This document shows, one piece after another, positions 47,178-56,434 of a stretch of DNA of 64,000 bases. Each line of letters opens with the position of its first letter. Position 1 is the first letter of the stretch. The translations under genes and the position numbers were made by a program. The notes beneath the pieces are model-generated. The model worked only from the letters and a program-made list of their open reading frames with translations, was not told the DNA's origin and searched no databases. Source of the stretch: a virus (Duplodnaviria; Caudoviricetes). The DNA is taken from the IMG/VR virus record IMGVR_UViG_3300024259_001623; one strand, 5' to 3'.

Positions 47178-47797
47178 TAGAACTCCAATACATCATAATC
47201 TATTTCGCTTACTTCTGTATCAACTTCATTGATATCTAAATCTTCAATTTGATCAATTTTTTCAGCGATTTTTTTATCAAAAGATACGGTCAAAGATGTA
47301 GAATCATCTCCTTTTTTAACGCATTCAGGCACCGAGTCTTGAGAATCCCATTCTCCCAATATTCTATCTAATTCTTTCTTCACAATGGAGGGTTTCTCGA
47401 CAACAACATCTTTAAATTCATCCTCACTTAATTTATCTGCCAATTCGGCCAACAGTGCTTTTTCATCGTCAATAACCCATTTCCCCTTAGAGATTTTCTT
47501 ATTGACTCTGCCAACACCAGGAAAATTAAGAGATTTATGTTTGAATTTGACTAAGGTGTTTTTAATGATGTCCTTCAACTGATCTTTCTTGTCTTTCAAC
47601 TTGTCAATTTCATCAGTAATAGTAGCTGTTCTATCTTTTTTCAGTCTACCAAGAAAAGCTATTTTATCATCAAGACCTTTAATAAAAACCAACAAATCTT
47701 CTATTTCAACATCGTTGTCTAAAGAAATGCTTTCTTCTTCTGTCTCAAACAACTCAAAAATCTTTTTTTTATTAAATTGCATAACAATATACCTCAT
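47177..47797 (-). CDS. Mu Gam / Gp157-like host-nuclease inhibitor
   Basis: N-terminal coiled coil followed by KSLNFPG.GRV.KK.SK.KW.IDDE.ALL...VVEKPSI.KKEL. Confidence 0.55.
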   Translation of the reverse strand: MRYIVMQFNKKKIFELFETEEESISLDNDVEIEDLLVFIKGLDDKIAFLGRLKKDRTATITDEIDKLKDKKDQLKDIIKNTLVKFKHKSLNFPGVGRVNKKISKGKWVIDDEKALLAELADKLSEDEFKDVVVEKPSIVKKELDRILGEWDSQDSVPECVKKGDDSTSLTVSFDKKIAEKIDQIEDLDINEVDTEVSEIDYDVLEF

Positions 47798-47799
47798 TT

Positions 47800-47836
47800 A
47801 TATATATAAAGCAGCCATCTATTAAGATTAGCTGCT
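47800..47836 (-). terminator. Probable terminator downstream of spoVS
   Basis: Minus-strand hairpin AGCAGCTAATCT-taat-AGATGGCTGCT (one bulge, one G-U pair), followed by TTATATATAT. Confidence 0.45.
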
Positions 47837-47858
47837 CTATACATAACTGTGTTTTAAA

Positions 47859-48200
47859 TTATGATTTCTTTTCAATAACTTCTAAAACAATAGCAGTTCT
47901 ATCTTCGCCACCAGCAAATTCAACAGTTGTGAAACTTGGAGATAGAGCGAAATAAACGCCCTTCTTACTAGCTTCTCCTGATGCGATAATAGTAGCCTTA
48001 ATAGCGTTATTTAAAGCAGCAGCCCCAATACATCTTAGCTTGGCAGACCCATACTTTTGAAATACAACAGAAATGGCTTTTGCAAGACCCTTTACAAAAT
48101 CTTTTGCATCACTTTTATTGTCAAAATGGCCCTTAACAGCCAGAAAAGCAGGATCATCAGAATTTACGAACTTCGTTTTGTCATCTTTCGAGTTAGTCAT
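47859..48200 (-). CDS. spoVS: Stage V sporulation protein S homolog (Alba-like fold)
   Basis: LAKAIS.V....G.AKLRCIGAAALNNAIKA.IIASG....KGV.F...PSFTTVEF.GGEDRTAIVL mirrors SpoVS (AIGAGALNQAVKA.AIARG...PAF..I.IDGEERTAIK). Confidence 0.8.
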   Translation of the reverse strand: MTNSKDDKTKFVNSDDPAFLAVKGHFDNKSDAKDFVKGLAKAISVVFQKYGSAKLRCIGAAALNNAIKATIIASGEASKKGVYFALSPSFTTVEFAGGEDRTAIVLEVIEKKS

Positions 48201-48275
48201 TGTAATAGCCTCCTTGGTTACTAAATTATTGACTTCTAAATTACAATTAGTTTATCGTCATTTTCGTCTTATTAA

Positions 48276-49208
48276 TTATAATAAAATATCATAAAAATTC
48301 TTTCTTTTTTCATTTAACTTGGGATCATCCCATATCTTAGAATTATGACATATATTCTTGCAACCGCATTTTGAGCATTCATAATCATCTTTATTCAAAG
48401 GACGCGGCGGTGGCAATAATTTCAAATCTGTCATTTCATTCATAGATTTTGCCTGTCTTCTGATCAACTTAAATACAGTATCAGTATTTTTCTCGATTTT
48501 GTAAGCAGCAGTATCAGAATTATTTTTATTCTCATATATCAGCAAACCAAACTCAACAGGTAATAAATTAGCATAAATTGTCAACTGAACTCTGTAATCT
48601 AAGCTGGGACCGTGCTGCAAGATCTTTTTGAACTTAAAATCGTTACAAGTCTTCATATCAATAACAAAAGGATTTTTTGGCAACGACTCCATGCTAAAAG
48701 CTTTTGTGATATCCCCGAATCTATCTTCTTTCAATACAGAAAAATCTATAATCATATCAGCATGACCATAAAAATTCAATTCCTTGTCTACTACAGATAC
48801 TTCATTGTAATGGAATTTGTTACAATCACAACTTTCGCATCGTTCTGGTTTGAAACAGCCAAGAGGATCATCTTTTCCAAATATTTGCCCACATTTCAGA
48901 TTAGCACATTTCCAATATCCTCTAAGCACACCGATGGCCTCCATATACTTAGCCCATCTGTCATGCATATTATGGCCTTTATCGAATAAACGAAGTAACT
49001 TGCTTTCGTGACATTCTTCTTCGACTTGGATATATCCTCTTTCTGCATATCTTAGATACTGCATACATCTTAAACATTTTCCAAAAGCAGATGGATGATA
49101 TATCTCAAATCCTCTGGGAGGTCCATTAGAACTTCTCCATCTAAGAAAAGTATCAACTACTCCCATAACTGCTCTTATATCTGGTGTTACAAATGCTTCA
49201 TTACTCAT
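48276..49208 (-). CDS. Cas4/RecB-like PD-(D/E)xK exonuclease
   Basis: HPSAFGKC.R, GHNMH, GHAD, IDMKT, YRVQL..Y and C-terminal CSKCGCKNIC (Fe-S-like Cys set), plus an inserted CxxxxC/CxxC pair. Confidence 0.75.
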   Translation of the reverse strand: MSNEAFVTPDIRAVMGVVDTFLRWRSSNGPPRGFEIYHPSAFGKCLRCMQYLRYAERGYIQVEEECHESKLLRLFDKGHNMHDRWAKYMEAIGVLRGYWKCANLKCGQIFGKDDPLGCFKPERCESCDCNKFHYNEVSVVDKELNFYGHADMIIDFSVLKEDRFGDITKAFSMESLPKNPFVIDMKTCNDFKFKKILQHGPSLDYRVQLTIYANLLPVEFGLLIYENKNNSDTAAYKIEKNTDTVFKLIRRQAKSMNEMTDLKLLPPPRPLNKDDYECSKCGCKNICHNSKIWDDPKLNEKRKNFYDILL

Positions 49209-49948
49209 ATTAGTTCCTTAGTATTTTCTCTACATTTTCTTAAAAGTTCTATAAACGCTTGGCTTCCATTTTCATTGACAAAAACGTCTGGATCTTTTTT
49301 ATCTGGCATTATGACTGGTATTATATCAATTTGAAAAATATCAAATCTTCTTTCTTTAGCCATTTTAACAACTTTTGCTGCCGCTTTTTCACCAGCCATA
49401 TCTCCATCAAAAACCAAAAATATTTCTCTGCAATATCTACTTAACATTGCTATATGTGACATCTTTAAAGTACTACTCATTACACCCACAGTGAACCTAA
49501 ATCCGCTGGCCGAAAGATATTGTACATCAAACTCTCCTTCGACTACTATGGCTTTCTTTTTTTTCAGAATATGTTCTTTTGCAACATTTAATCCATATAA
49601 TATATTCGATTTAGGAAAGCTCTCATGAAAAAACTTCCTTTTTGCTCCATCTCTCCAATCTCTCGAAGACAACGCAACCAAATTGTCATATTGATCGTAT
49701 ATAGGAAGAACCATCCTTCCAGAAAACTCATGATTTACGCCATTTAAATTCATTACATGATCTGGCATATATCCTATATGAAAACGATCTTTAATAATCT
49801 CTATCTGATCATCAGTAAATCTTCTTTTATCAGATTTTAGATAAGCAATAGCTTCTGCACCCTCATCTTGCTCAATAACCTCTCTAGATAGGGCCAGAAC
49901 CTTCTCTCGCTCTATATCTGGTAATCTGTCTCGCCATAGCTTCTTCAT
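49205..49948 (-). CDS. dnaG: DnaG-type primase catalytic core (no zinc-binding domain)
   Basis: A.AYL...RR, FHIGY.P, FSGRMVLPIYD...L.A.S.R, LYGL..AK..I, IVVEGEFDV, FDGDMAG..AA, KKDPD.F. Confidence 0.85.
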   Translation of the reverse strand: MKKLWRDRLPDIEREKVLALSREVIEQDEGAEAIAYLKSDKRRFTDDQIEIIKDRFHIGYMPDHVMNLNGVNHEFSGRMVLPIYDQYDNLVALSSRDWRDGAKRKFFHESFPKSNILYGLNVAKEHILKKKKAIVVEGEFDVQYLSASGFRFTVGVMSSTLKMSHIAMLSRYCREIFLVFDGDMAGEKAAAKVVKMAKERRFDIFQIDIIPVIMPDKKDPDVFVNENGSQAFIELLRKCRENTKELI

Positions 49949-49959
49949 ATTTATTTTTT

Positions 49960-51150
49960 CTAATTAGCCATCATGTCATCTTTATATTCTTCAACCACTT
50001 TTTCTTTTGTTACAGCTTTTTTCCCGTCATAATTTTCTTCAGCCCATTTAGAAATTTCAGGCGGGACAAAAAGACCTGTTTCTTGAGACTTGTCTATCAA
50101 CTCTCCGCACAATGCTTGTTGAAGATCATTGCTTTTGATATTTTCTATAAAAGCTTTCTTTCCTTCTACTTTAATATCATTCCACTTAAAAATTCCCTTT
50201 CTGACAGAGATAACCTTAATCTGTCTTCCATATGAGAACATAAGATCTTCAATATCTGGAAAATATGGCTCATAAAAGATAGGAATTTCGATACTCTCGA
50301 AAAATGGTTTCGCAAATCTATTCTTTCTAATGTATACTCTACTCTTTCTACCTATTAAACGTGGACCGCCATCTTCATCTTCTACCTCTATGTTAGCATC
50401 TTTACTATTCATCTTAGAAACTTGTATTCTTAATGAAGCATTATGCTTCAAACTTCTACCGCCAGGAGTTGTCTCAGGGTTACCGAACATAACTCCGATC
50501 TTTTCTCTTAACTGATTAATGAAAACAACTAACACTCCATACTTAGATGCATAATTGGCGATCTTGCCTAGATTCTCACTCATCAATTTAGCAATAATTC
50601 CTACAGTCGCCTTATCTGCTGACTTCTCCATTCTGGCCTTGGGGACCATATTAGCAACAGAGTCCAACACAATGACCTTTACGCCGCTCTTGCTCAAAGT
50701 CACAATGGCATCAAAAACATCTTCTGCATGAAAGACTACATCTTCATCTTCTGGATTAGACATATCAGAATAGAAGATAGTATCTCTGTCTGCACCATTA
50801 ATTTCAGCAAGATTATCTGAGAAACTATGCTCGGTATCAATCCATGCGCATTTATGACCCATCTTCTGTGCAAAACCAACTATTCTATATGCCAAAGATG
50901 ATTTTCCGCCACCCTCTTCCCCAAAAATTTCTACAATCTTGCCGAGAGGACATCCCAATGGTTCATTAGCATCATATCCCTCAACCGTTGACAAATCTAC
51001 ATCTTTAGGTAAAACTCCATGATGGATAGCAAAATCCAAATCAAAATGTCCAATAGGAACATTACCTGGAGAATTCGTGCTGGCACCAAGTCTAACAAAA
51101 CCTTTTAGGTTCTCTAGAATTATATCATCTGTACTCTTTTTCTTAGCCAT
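49960..51150 (-). CDS. recA: RecA recombinase
   Basis: GKIVEIFGEEGGGKSS, WIDTEHS, IVLDSVA, FINQLREKIGVMFGNPETTPGGRSLKHNASLR. Confidence 0.93.
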   Translation of the reverse strand: MAKKKSTDDIILENLKGFVRLGASTNSPGNVPIGHFDLDFAIHHGVLPKDVDLSTVEGYDANEPLGCPLGKIVEIFGEEGGGKSSLAYRIVGFAQKMGHKCAWIDTEHSFSDNLAEINGADRDTIFYSDMSNPEDEDVVFHAEDVFDAIVTLSKSGVKVIVLDSVANMVPKARMEKSADKATVGIIAKLMSENLGKIANYASKYGVLVVFINQLREKIGVMFGNPETTPGGRSLKHNASLRIQVSKMNSKDANIEVEDEDGGPRLIGRKSRVYIRKNRFAKPFFESIEIPIFYEPYFPDIEDLMFSYGRQIKVISVRKGIFKWNDIKVEGKKAFIENIKSNDLQQALCGELIDKSQETGLFVPPEISKWAEENYDGKKAVTKEKVVEEYKDDMMAN

Positions 51151-51162
51151 TTACAACTCCTT

Positions 51163-51714
51163 TTATATATCTATTGATGCTTTATATCCAAACAGTATCT
51201 CTTCTATTTTAGAAGGATCAGTAGCGACATAAATCTTTTTTAAATCATGTAATCCCTTAGACTTTATAAGTGATACATCTTCTTCTGTAAGACTGTGAGG
51301 CCCAACGAATGTAACCTTATATCGTTTATCTTTGCCAACACCTGAAACAGATATTTTAAATTCTGCTCCATTAGAACCACCTGGATTCCTACCAGTCTTC
51401 TCATAGAAAGTCTTAAAATTCTTAAAAATATATTCAGACTGTTCAAAAACTTTAATCTTATTATCTCTTCTATCTAAAACATTTATGGCGAATCTTAAAG
51501 TTGGTCTTATATTATGTGTAGTTGCCACAGGACAAGTATCTTCATCAAGACATACGGCACTTTTAAAGCTTGGGGAATATATAAAATATTTTTTAAAATA
51601 ATGCAATTTCCCCAACAACCTCATAGTAACAGATTCTCCATCTTTCAGGTAAAGAAATATATTATTATTACTATAACTATTACCTGTAGGTATATCACTC
51701 CATCCCATAGACAT
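51163..51714 (-). CDS. Phage (gp32-like) single-stranded DNA-binding protein
   Basis: FLYLKDGES..MRLLG...C....CP......R.AINVLDR.DN.IKVFE...FKI...G.GKD.RY.V; located beside recA. Confidence 0.6.
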   Translation of the reverse strand: MSMGWSDIPTGNSYSNNNIFLYLKDGESVTMRLLGKLHYFKKYFIYSPSFKSAVCLDEDTCPVATTHNIRPTLRFAINVLDRRDNKIKVFEQSEYIFKNFKTFYEKTGRNPGGSNGAEFKISVSGVGKDKRYKVTFVGPHSLTEEDVSLIKSKGLHDLKKIYVATDPSKIEEILFGYKASIDI

Positions 51715-51724
51715 CTTTATCTCC

Positions 51725-53023
51725 TTATAGCAAATCCCAGCTTGCTTCTTTTGCTGCCGACTCTAAATTAACATCTTTTACTTCTACTTCCGCTTTTACT
51801 TTTTCATTTGCCTTTTTGACAGAAGCAGTTAACTGGTCTAAAATATCAAACTCCTTCAACTCTTCTGGAATTTCTTTTTCTTCAACGACCTCAACTGATT
51901 TTTCTTCTATCTCGGCAACAATATCTTTCTCATGATCTTTTGGATTAAAATGGTTTTTAGTATTCACATCGCCCATCCTTTCAATATTTTTATTTGGAAG
52001 TGCAATTGTCAACTGTCTAGACAAAGTTTCATAAGCATTATCTAAGTTTTTAGACACGATTTCAGCAGAACGGTGTATCCCTTTAAGATCAGAGAAATAC
52101 AATCCAAAATCACTAAGATGTTCATATATAACACCTTCCTGTTTAACTGCTGGCTTTGCATATTCTACTCTAGCCAACAACCCTTTCAAAAACTCATATG
52201 CTGTTTCAAACTTGTAATACTGACTATTGCAATTCATTTGAATTTCTTTGACTCTATCTCTCCAAGCCTGTACCTCTTGCATCCTTTTATGGATTTGAGG
52301 CAAATCATATATAGGAACTGATACATCTACCTTTGCGTCAATCAACTCCTGAGTATACCGCTCAATAGGAATCATATCACTTTTCAAAACACGATTCAGG
52401 ATATTAGCCTTCTCCCTATAAAAAGAATCGAACTTAGGAGAAGGACTGGTGAGATTCCATTCATCTAAATTAACGATAGGTTCAATAGAACCTGTATGTC
52501 CATCTTCAGATACCTCTTCTAGATATTTTTCAGTGACCTCTTCTACAACATCAGAATTATCACCATCTTTTAGATCAATACACTCAATAGGTTTTCCATC
52601 CGTTTGAACCCATCCAACCTTTTCAGGATATTTTACTGCAACCTTCAGAGCATCACCTAATGCCTCAACATCATCTCTAATAGGGAAAGTCCCTGTAAGA
52701 ACTTCTTCCACAGGAGGCTCTTCTACAATCTCTTCCTGATTAGTCTCTTGTATAATGGTTGCAATATCATCGTCCATAGATACAGATTCTGTTAAAATAT
52801 TAGAAGGAACTTCTTCTACAGCATCTGCCTTTTCATCTTTTTTAACTTCAAGCTCTTTACCATCAACGGTGCCAACCATTTCTTTTACCATATTAACCTT
52901 GTCTTCAAAAGACTCCTTATTTTGAGCATCACTCAACTCTCCATAGATTTCATCATCTGATGAATGTTTTTCTTTTGGATTAATCCCAAAAATGTCTTTT
53001 ATTTTATCAATATCTTGTGCCAT
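51725..53023 (-). CDS. Hypothetical protein with an acidic N-terminus and a C-terminal coiled coil (possible UvsY-like mediator)
   Basis: Long helical block ending KNLDNAYETLSRQLT; adjacent to SSB and recA. The UvsY-like role is inference only. Confidence 0.5.
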   Translation of the reverse strand: MAQDIDKIKDIFGINPKEKHSSDDEIYGELSDAQNKESFEDKVNMVKEMVGTVDGKELEVKKDEKADAVEEVPSNILTESVSMDDDIATIIQETNQEEIVEEPPVEEVLTGTFPIRDDVEALGDALKVAVKYPEKVGWVQTDGKPIECIDLKDGDNSDVVEEVTEKYLEEVSEDGHTGSIEPIVNLDEWNLTSPSPKFDSFYREKANILNRVLKSDMIPIERYTQELIDAKVDVSVPIYDLPQIHKRMQEVQAWRDRVKEIQMNCNSQYYKFETAYEFLKGLLARVEYAKPAVKQEGVIYEHLSDFGLYFSDLKGIHRSAEIVSKNLDNAYETLSRQLTIALPNKNIERMGDVNTKNHFNPKDHEKDIVAEIEEKSVEVVEEKEIPEELKEFDILDQLTASVKKANEKVKAEVEVKDVNLESAAKEASWDLL

Positions 53024-53039
53024 AATACCATCCTATATT

Positions 53040-53417
53040 TTATATACCATCGAATATATCATTATCAACTGTAGCACCGCCACTATCATCCTTTTTAGGG
53101 TCTTTAGAGGCAAAAACTTTCTTCTCTCCCAAACCCAACTCATCACATGCAGTATTCAATGTTCTTTTTAATTCATTAGCAACATGAATAGATATAGCAT
53201 CCAATTTCTTTTGTCTTTCTTTCAGGTCAGTCCAGGTTATTTCTTCTTCTAGACTAACATCAACTTTAAGACCCTCGTATTTCGCCGTCCATATAGTTCT
53301 TTGCATACTTTTTCTTACTACAGTTGTTCTTTCTACAGTTGTGCTTATTTCACTCTTACCATCAGCAGACATTGTTACTGTAGTATTTCTTACTTCACCT
53401 TTTCCACCTTCAGACAT
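53040..53417 (-). CDS. Hypothetical protein
   Basis: 125 aa ORF with SD GGAG. Confidence 0.55.
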   Translation of the reverse strand: MSEGGKGEVRNTTVTMSADGKSEISTTVERTTVVRKSMQRTIWTAKYEGLKVDVSLEEEITWTDLKERQKKLDAISIHVANELKRTLNTACDELGLGEKKVFASKDPKKDDSGGATVDNDIFDGI

Positions 53418-53428
53418 TATTATCTCCT

Positions 53429-55432
53429 TTAGAATAACGATTCTGGACCTACGCCTCTTTTAGCAGATGCTTTCATATCTTTTCTCAAAGATCCAAATTT
53501 ACTTGCTAACATTTCCGCGAAATCTTGTTTTTTAATTTTTTGACCTTTAGGTAATTTTTTATTAAGTTCTTTAAATTCATCATTAAAGAATCCTGCTTCT
53601 GCCAAAGACCTAATAGCTCCCAGGTCTACCTTGCTAGTATCTGTATTGAATGCTATATCTCTCAAATTATCATACGGAGCATTCTTAGCCAATTCTGTAG
53701 CTGTTTCAATTCCTACGCCTTCACATACAATACTAGGCATTATCTCTGTGAATTCTACTCCAGAGTTTCCGTCTTTCTTCTTAATTATCTTATATTCTAC
53801 TCCACAAGAATTCAATTTCTTAGGAAGAATTTTTATATCAAACTTTTTACAGTCTCTTTCTAATTCCTTAACCTTATCGTACTTCTTACGAGTACTTTCT
53901 ATATTCATATACGCACACATAAATTCATCAGTATAATTCGATTTCAAATATGCCGTCATATAAGAGTCATAAGCATAGCAACATGAGTGAGCCGCATTAA
54001 AACCATAAGCTGCGAATGGAGTAATAAACTTCTCCCAATAATCATCTGCTATTCTTTCAGGTAAGCCTCTTTCCACGGCACCTTTAATAAACAAACCTTT
54101 ATACTTATCAATAAGATTTTGTTTCTTCTTACCAATACCCTTAATTAATACATATCCATCCGTTTCAGAGAAACCTGCTAGTTCTTTACAAATTTGCATA
54201 ACCTGTTCTTGGAAAACTAACACTCCATAGGTCTTATCTAAAATATGCTTGACGTGCTTCTCGATAACTGGATGGAAAAAGTCTACTGTCTTAAAACCCT
54301 TTTTCCTAGCACAATATTCTGGAATCGAAACCATAGGCCCAGGTCTATATAGTGCAATAGCGGCCATAATATCATTAAAACAATCGACTTCGATTTCTTG
54401 TATAGTCTCTTGCATCCCTCTATTTTCACACTGGAAAATACCTGTCAGCTTACCGCTCTTATACAGATCAAAAGTATTCTTATCATCTAGAGGCAAATTT
54501 TTGATATCTATATCTATATCATAATTTTGTTTAACCATCTCGACTGTCTTTTTAATAACAGATAATGTACTGATAGCCAATATATCAAATTTTATAAGTC
54601 CCATACTCTCAAGGTCTTCATTTGGGAATTGAGTAGCAAAACCCTTATTAGAAGTTCTCAAAGGAGCAATCGTATGCAATGGAACATTAGAAATAACTAC
54701 ACCAGCAGCATGAACTCCAAAATTAGAAACAATACCTTCTATAAGTTTTGCATGATTTCTAAAACCTTTTTCCTCGAATTTATCTATATACGCTTTGAAA
54801 TCTGAACAATACTTATAAGCATCTTCGATAGTCTTTATTTTATGCTCAACGCCATCTTCATCGGCTACTTTAAGAATAGCTCCGATCTGTCTTGGCAAAG
54901 AAGCAACTATCTCAGATACTTTAGCTTCATTTTCGCTTTTATTCTCTTTGCTACCTTTGAAAAATGCATTTGCTACATCAAGTGCCTTACCGATTCTACG
55001 TATTGCAGATTTTAATTTAAGACCACCATAAGTTCCGATATTGCCGACATTTTCTCTACCGTATTTGTCAATAATATAGTCATATATTTCTTGTCTACGG
55101 AAATATTCAAAATCACTATCAATATCTGGGAAACCTGCTCTAGCGAATGCTCTTCTTTTGAGCAAAAATTCCCCATCAGGGAATTTAGCAGTCATTCCTA
55201 TATAATAAGCAGTAATACTGTTAATGGCATTGTTCTTGCCTTTTCTTTTATTCTTTTTCTTTTTCTTTTTTCTTCTTTCCCATGTGTCGTAGAATCCCTC
55301 TAATAGACTACGACCGTCAAGGCCGTCCTCTACTTCCATAAAATCTAATTCACTATCTATTTGTTTCAGTGCGCTTTCGTCAGCACCCTGAACCTCAGAA
55401 AGAATTTGTTTTCTAATTTCTTCTATTTGCAT
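53429..55432 (-). CDS. dnaE: DNA polymerase III alpha, catalytic half (palm, thumb, fingers, HhH; no PHP domain, no OB fold)
   Basis: RAGFPDIDSDF, FGVHAAGVVIS, GLIKFDILAISTLS, GIFQCE, AIALYRPGP, YGVLVFQEQVM, YGFNAAHSCCYA, YLKSNY; ends GPESLF. Confidence 0.93.
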   Translation of the reverse strand: MQIEEIRKQILSEVQGADESALKQIDSELDFMEVEDGLDGRSLLEGFYDTWERRKKKKKKNKRKGKNNAINSITAYYIGMTAKFPDGEFLLKRRAFARAGFPDIDSDFEYFRRQEIYDYIIDKYGRENVGNIGTYGGLKLKSAIRRIGKALDVANAFFKGSKENKSENEAKVSEIVASLPRQIGAILKVADEDGVEHKIKTIEDAYKYCSDFKAYIDKFEEKGFRNHAKLIEGIVSNFGVHAAGVVISNVPLHTIAPLRTSNKGFATQFPNEDLESMGLIKFDILAISTLSVIKKTVEMVKQNYDIDIDIKNLPLDDKNTFDLYKSGKLTGIFQCENRGMQETIQEIEVDCFNDIMAAIALYRPGPMVSIPEYCARKKGFKTVDFFHPVIEKHVKHILDKTYGVLVFQEQVMQICKELAGFSETDGYVLIKGIGKKKQNLIDKYKGLFIKGAVERGLPERIADDYWEKFITPFAAYGFNAAHSCCYAYDSYMTAYLKSNYTDEFMCAYMNIESTRKKYDKVKELERDCKKFDIKILPKKLNSCGVEYKIIKKKDGNSGVEFTEIMPSIVCEGVGIETATELAKNAPYDNLRDIAFNTDTSKVDLGAIRSLAEAGFFNDEFKELNKKLPKGQKIKKQDFAEMLASKFGSLRKDMKASAKRGVGPESLF

Positions 55433-55435
55433 ATT

Positions 55436-56008
55436 TTACCTTCTAGTATTTATTCTGGCATGTAGATCATTAGGTTTATCAATTATATGATCTACGATTC
55501 CCATTTTTAAAGCCTCTTTTGCAGTTATGTAAGAGTCTTTTGACATCAAATCTTTAATTTGTTTATTGCCCAAATTAGTATATTTTTTAATCAGACTTTC
55601 TAGTTGCTTTTGCAATTCTTTTGTTGCCTTGACTTCGTTATCCATCTCATGAATATTGCCATAAAAACCAGTGCTTACAGAATGCATCAAAACACAAGAA
55701 TTAGGAGTAATAAATCTCTTTCCTTTTGTTCCGCTCATAAGTATCATTTGAGCGGCACTCATAGCTTTTCCAACACAAATGGTAGCAACATCACATCTGC
55801 ACATTTTTATAGCATCATGTATAGCCAACAAACTGTAACATTCTCCACCATAAGAATCAATATACAAAAGTATATCTGACATAGGGCTTTCTTCTTCTAA
55901 ATCAATTAAACTCTGAACAACAGTTTTTACACTTTCTTCATCAATCTTGCCGTTTAAATGAATTATTCTCTTCTCTTTTGCTTCCTTAGCTGCTGTGGTC
56001 ATATTCAA
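55436..56008 (-). CDS. clpP: ClpP-family protease subunit
   Basis: RII.LNG.ID, LYIDSYGG, VGKAMSAA (Ser), RF...NS..LMH (His), RD-like KDSYITAKEALKMGIVD. Confidence 0.9.
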   Translation of the reverse strand: MNMTTAAKEAKEKRIIHLNGKIDEESVKTVVQSLIDLEEESPMSDILLYIDSYGGECYSLLAIHDAIKMCRCDVATICVGKAMSAAQMILMSGTKGKRFITPNSCVLMHSVSTGFYGNIHEMDNEVKATKELQKQLESLIKKYTNLGNKQIKDLMSKDSYITAKEALKMGIVDHIIDKPNDLHARINTRR

Positions 56009-56023
56009 TATTCCTTTCTTAAC

Positions 56024-56419
56024 TTATGAAAATATTTCCCAGGGAAATTGTATCCAAGTGCCGTCATCAATTTTTTCTGCGTAAAAATCTGGTTTAATTT
56101 TACTAGATTCTCTATAAAACAAAGAAGCTGTTTTAAATCTTTTATGATAATTAGTTATAGTCGCTCCAGAATCCACAATGTCGTCAATTAAAATTGGCTT
56201 TACAGTATAATTGTCAATATTAGAGATATTATCATGAATATAAATATGATTATCACTAATATGACAAAGACATGTTGCAACAATAACGCCACCGCGAGGA
56301 ATACCCATAACACCACTACTTTCTTTTTTCATAACGTCAGAAAGTAAATATACCATATTATGAAAATAGTCCCAAGATATTTTTCGTACAGGCTGATCTT
56401 TCGCTCTCATCTTAGCCAT
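56024..56419 (-). CDS. Purine phosphoribosyltransferase-like protein
   Basis: GIPRGG, PRPP-binding loop LIDDIVDSGAT, WIQFPWE. Confidence 0.85.
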   Translation of the reverse strand: MAKMRAKDQPVRKISWDYFHNMVYLLSDVMKKESSGVMGIPRGGVIVATCLCHISDNHIYIHDNISNIDNYTVKPILIDDIVDSGATITNYHKRFKTASLFYRESSKIKPDFYAEKIDDGTWIQFPWEIFS

Positions 56420-56434
56420 ATTGTTCCTCCAATC

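Noticed and set aside
47859-48200. HU/IHF-like DNA-binding protein
   Set aside because: It lacks the HU GFG.F arm motif. The IGAAALN.A.KA and GEDRTAI motifs fit SpoVS.
48276-49208. CRISPR-Cas locus suggested by the Cas4-like protein
   Set aside because: No repeat-spacer array or other cas genes were seen. Solo Cas4-like nucleases are common in phage recombination modules.
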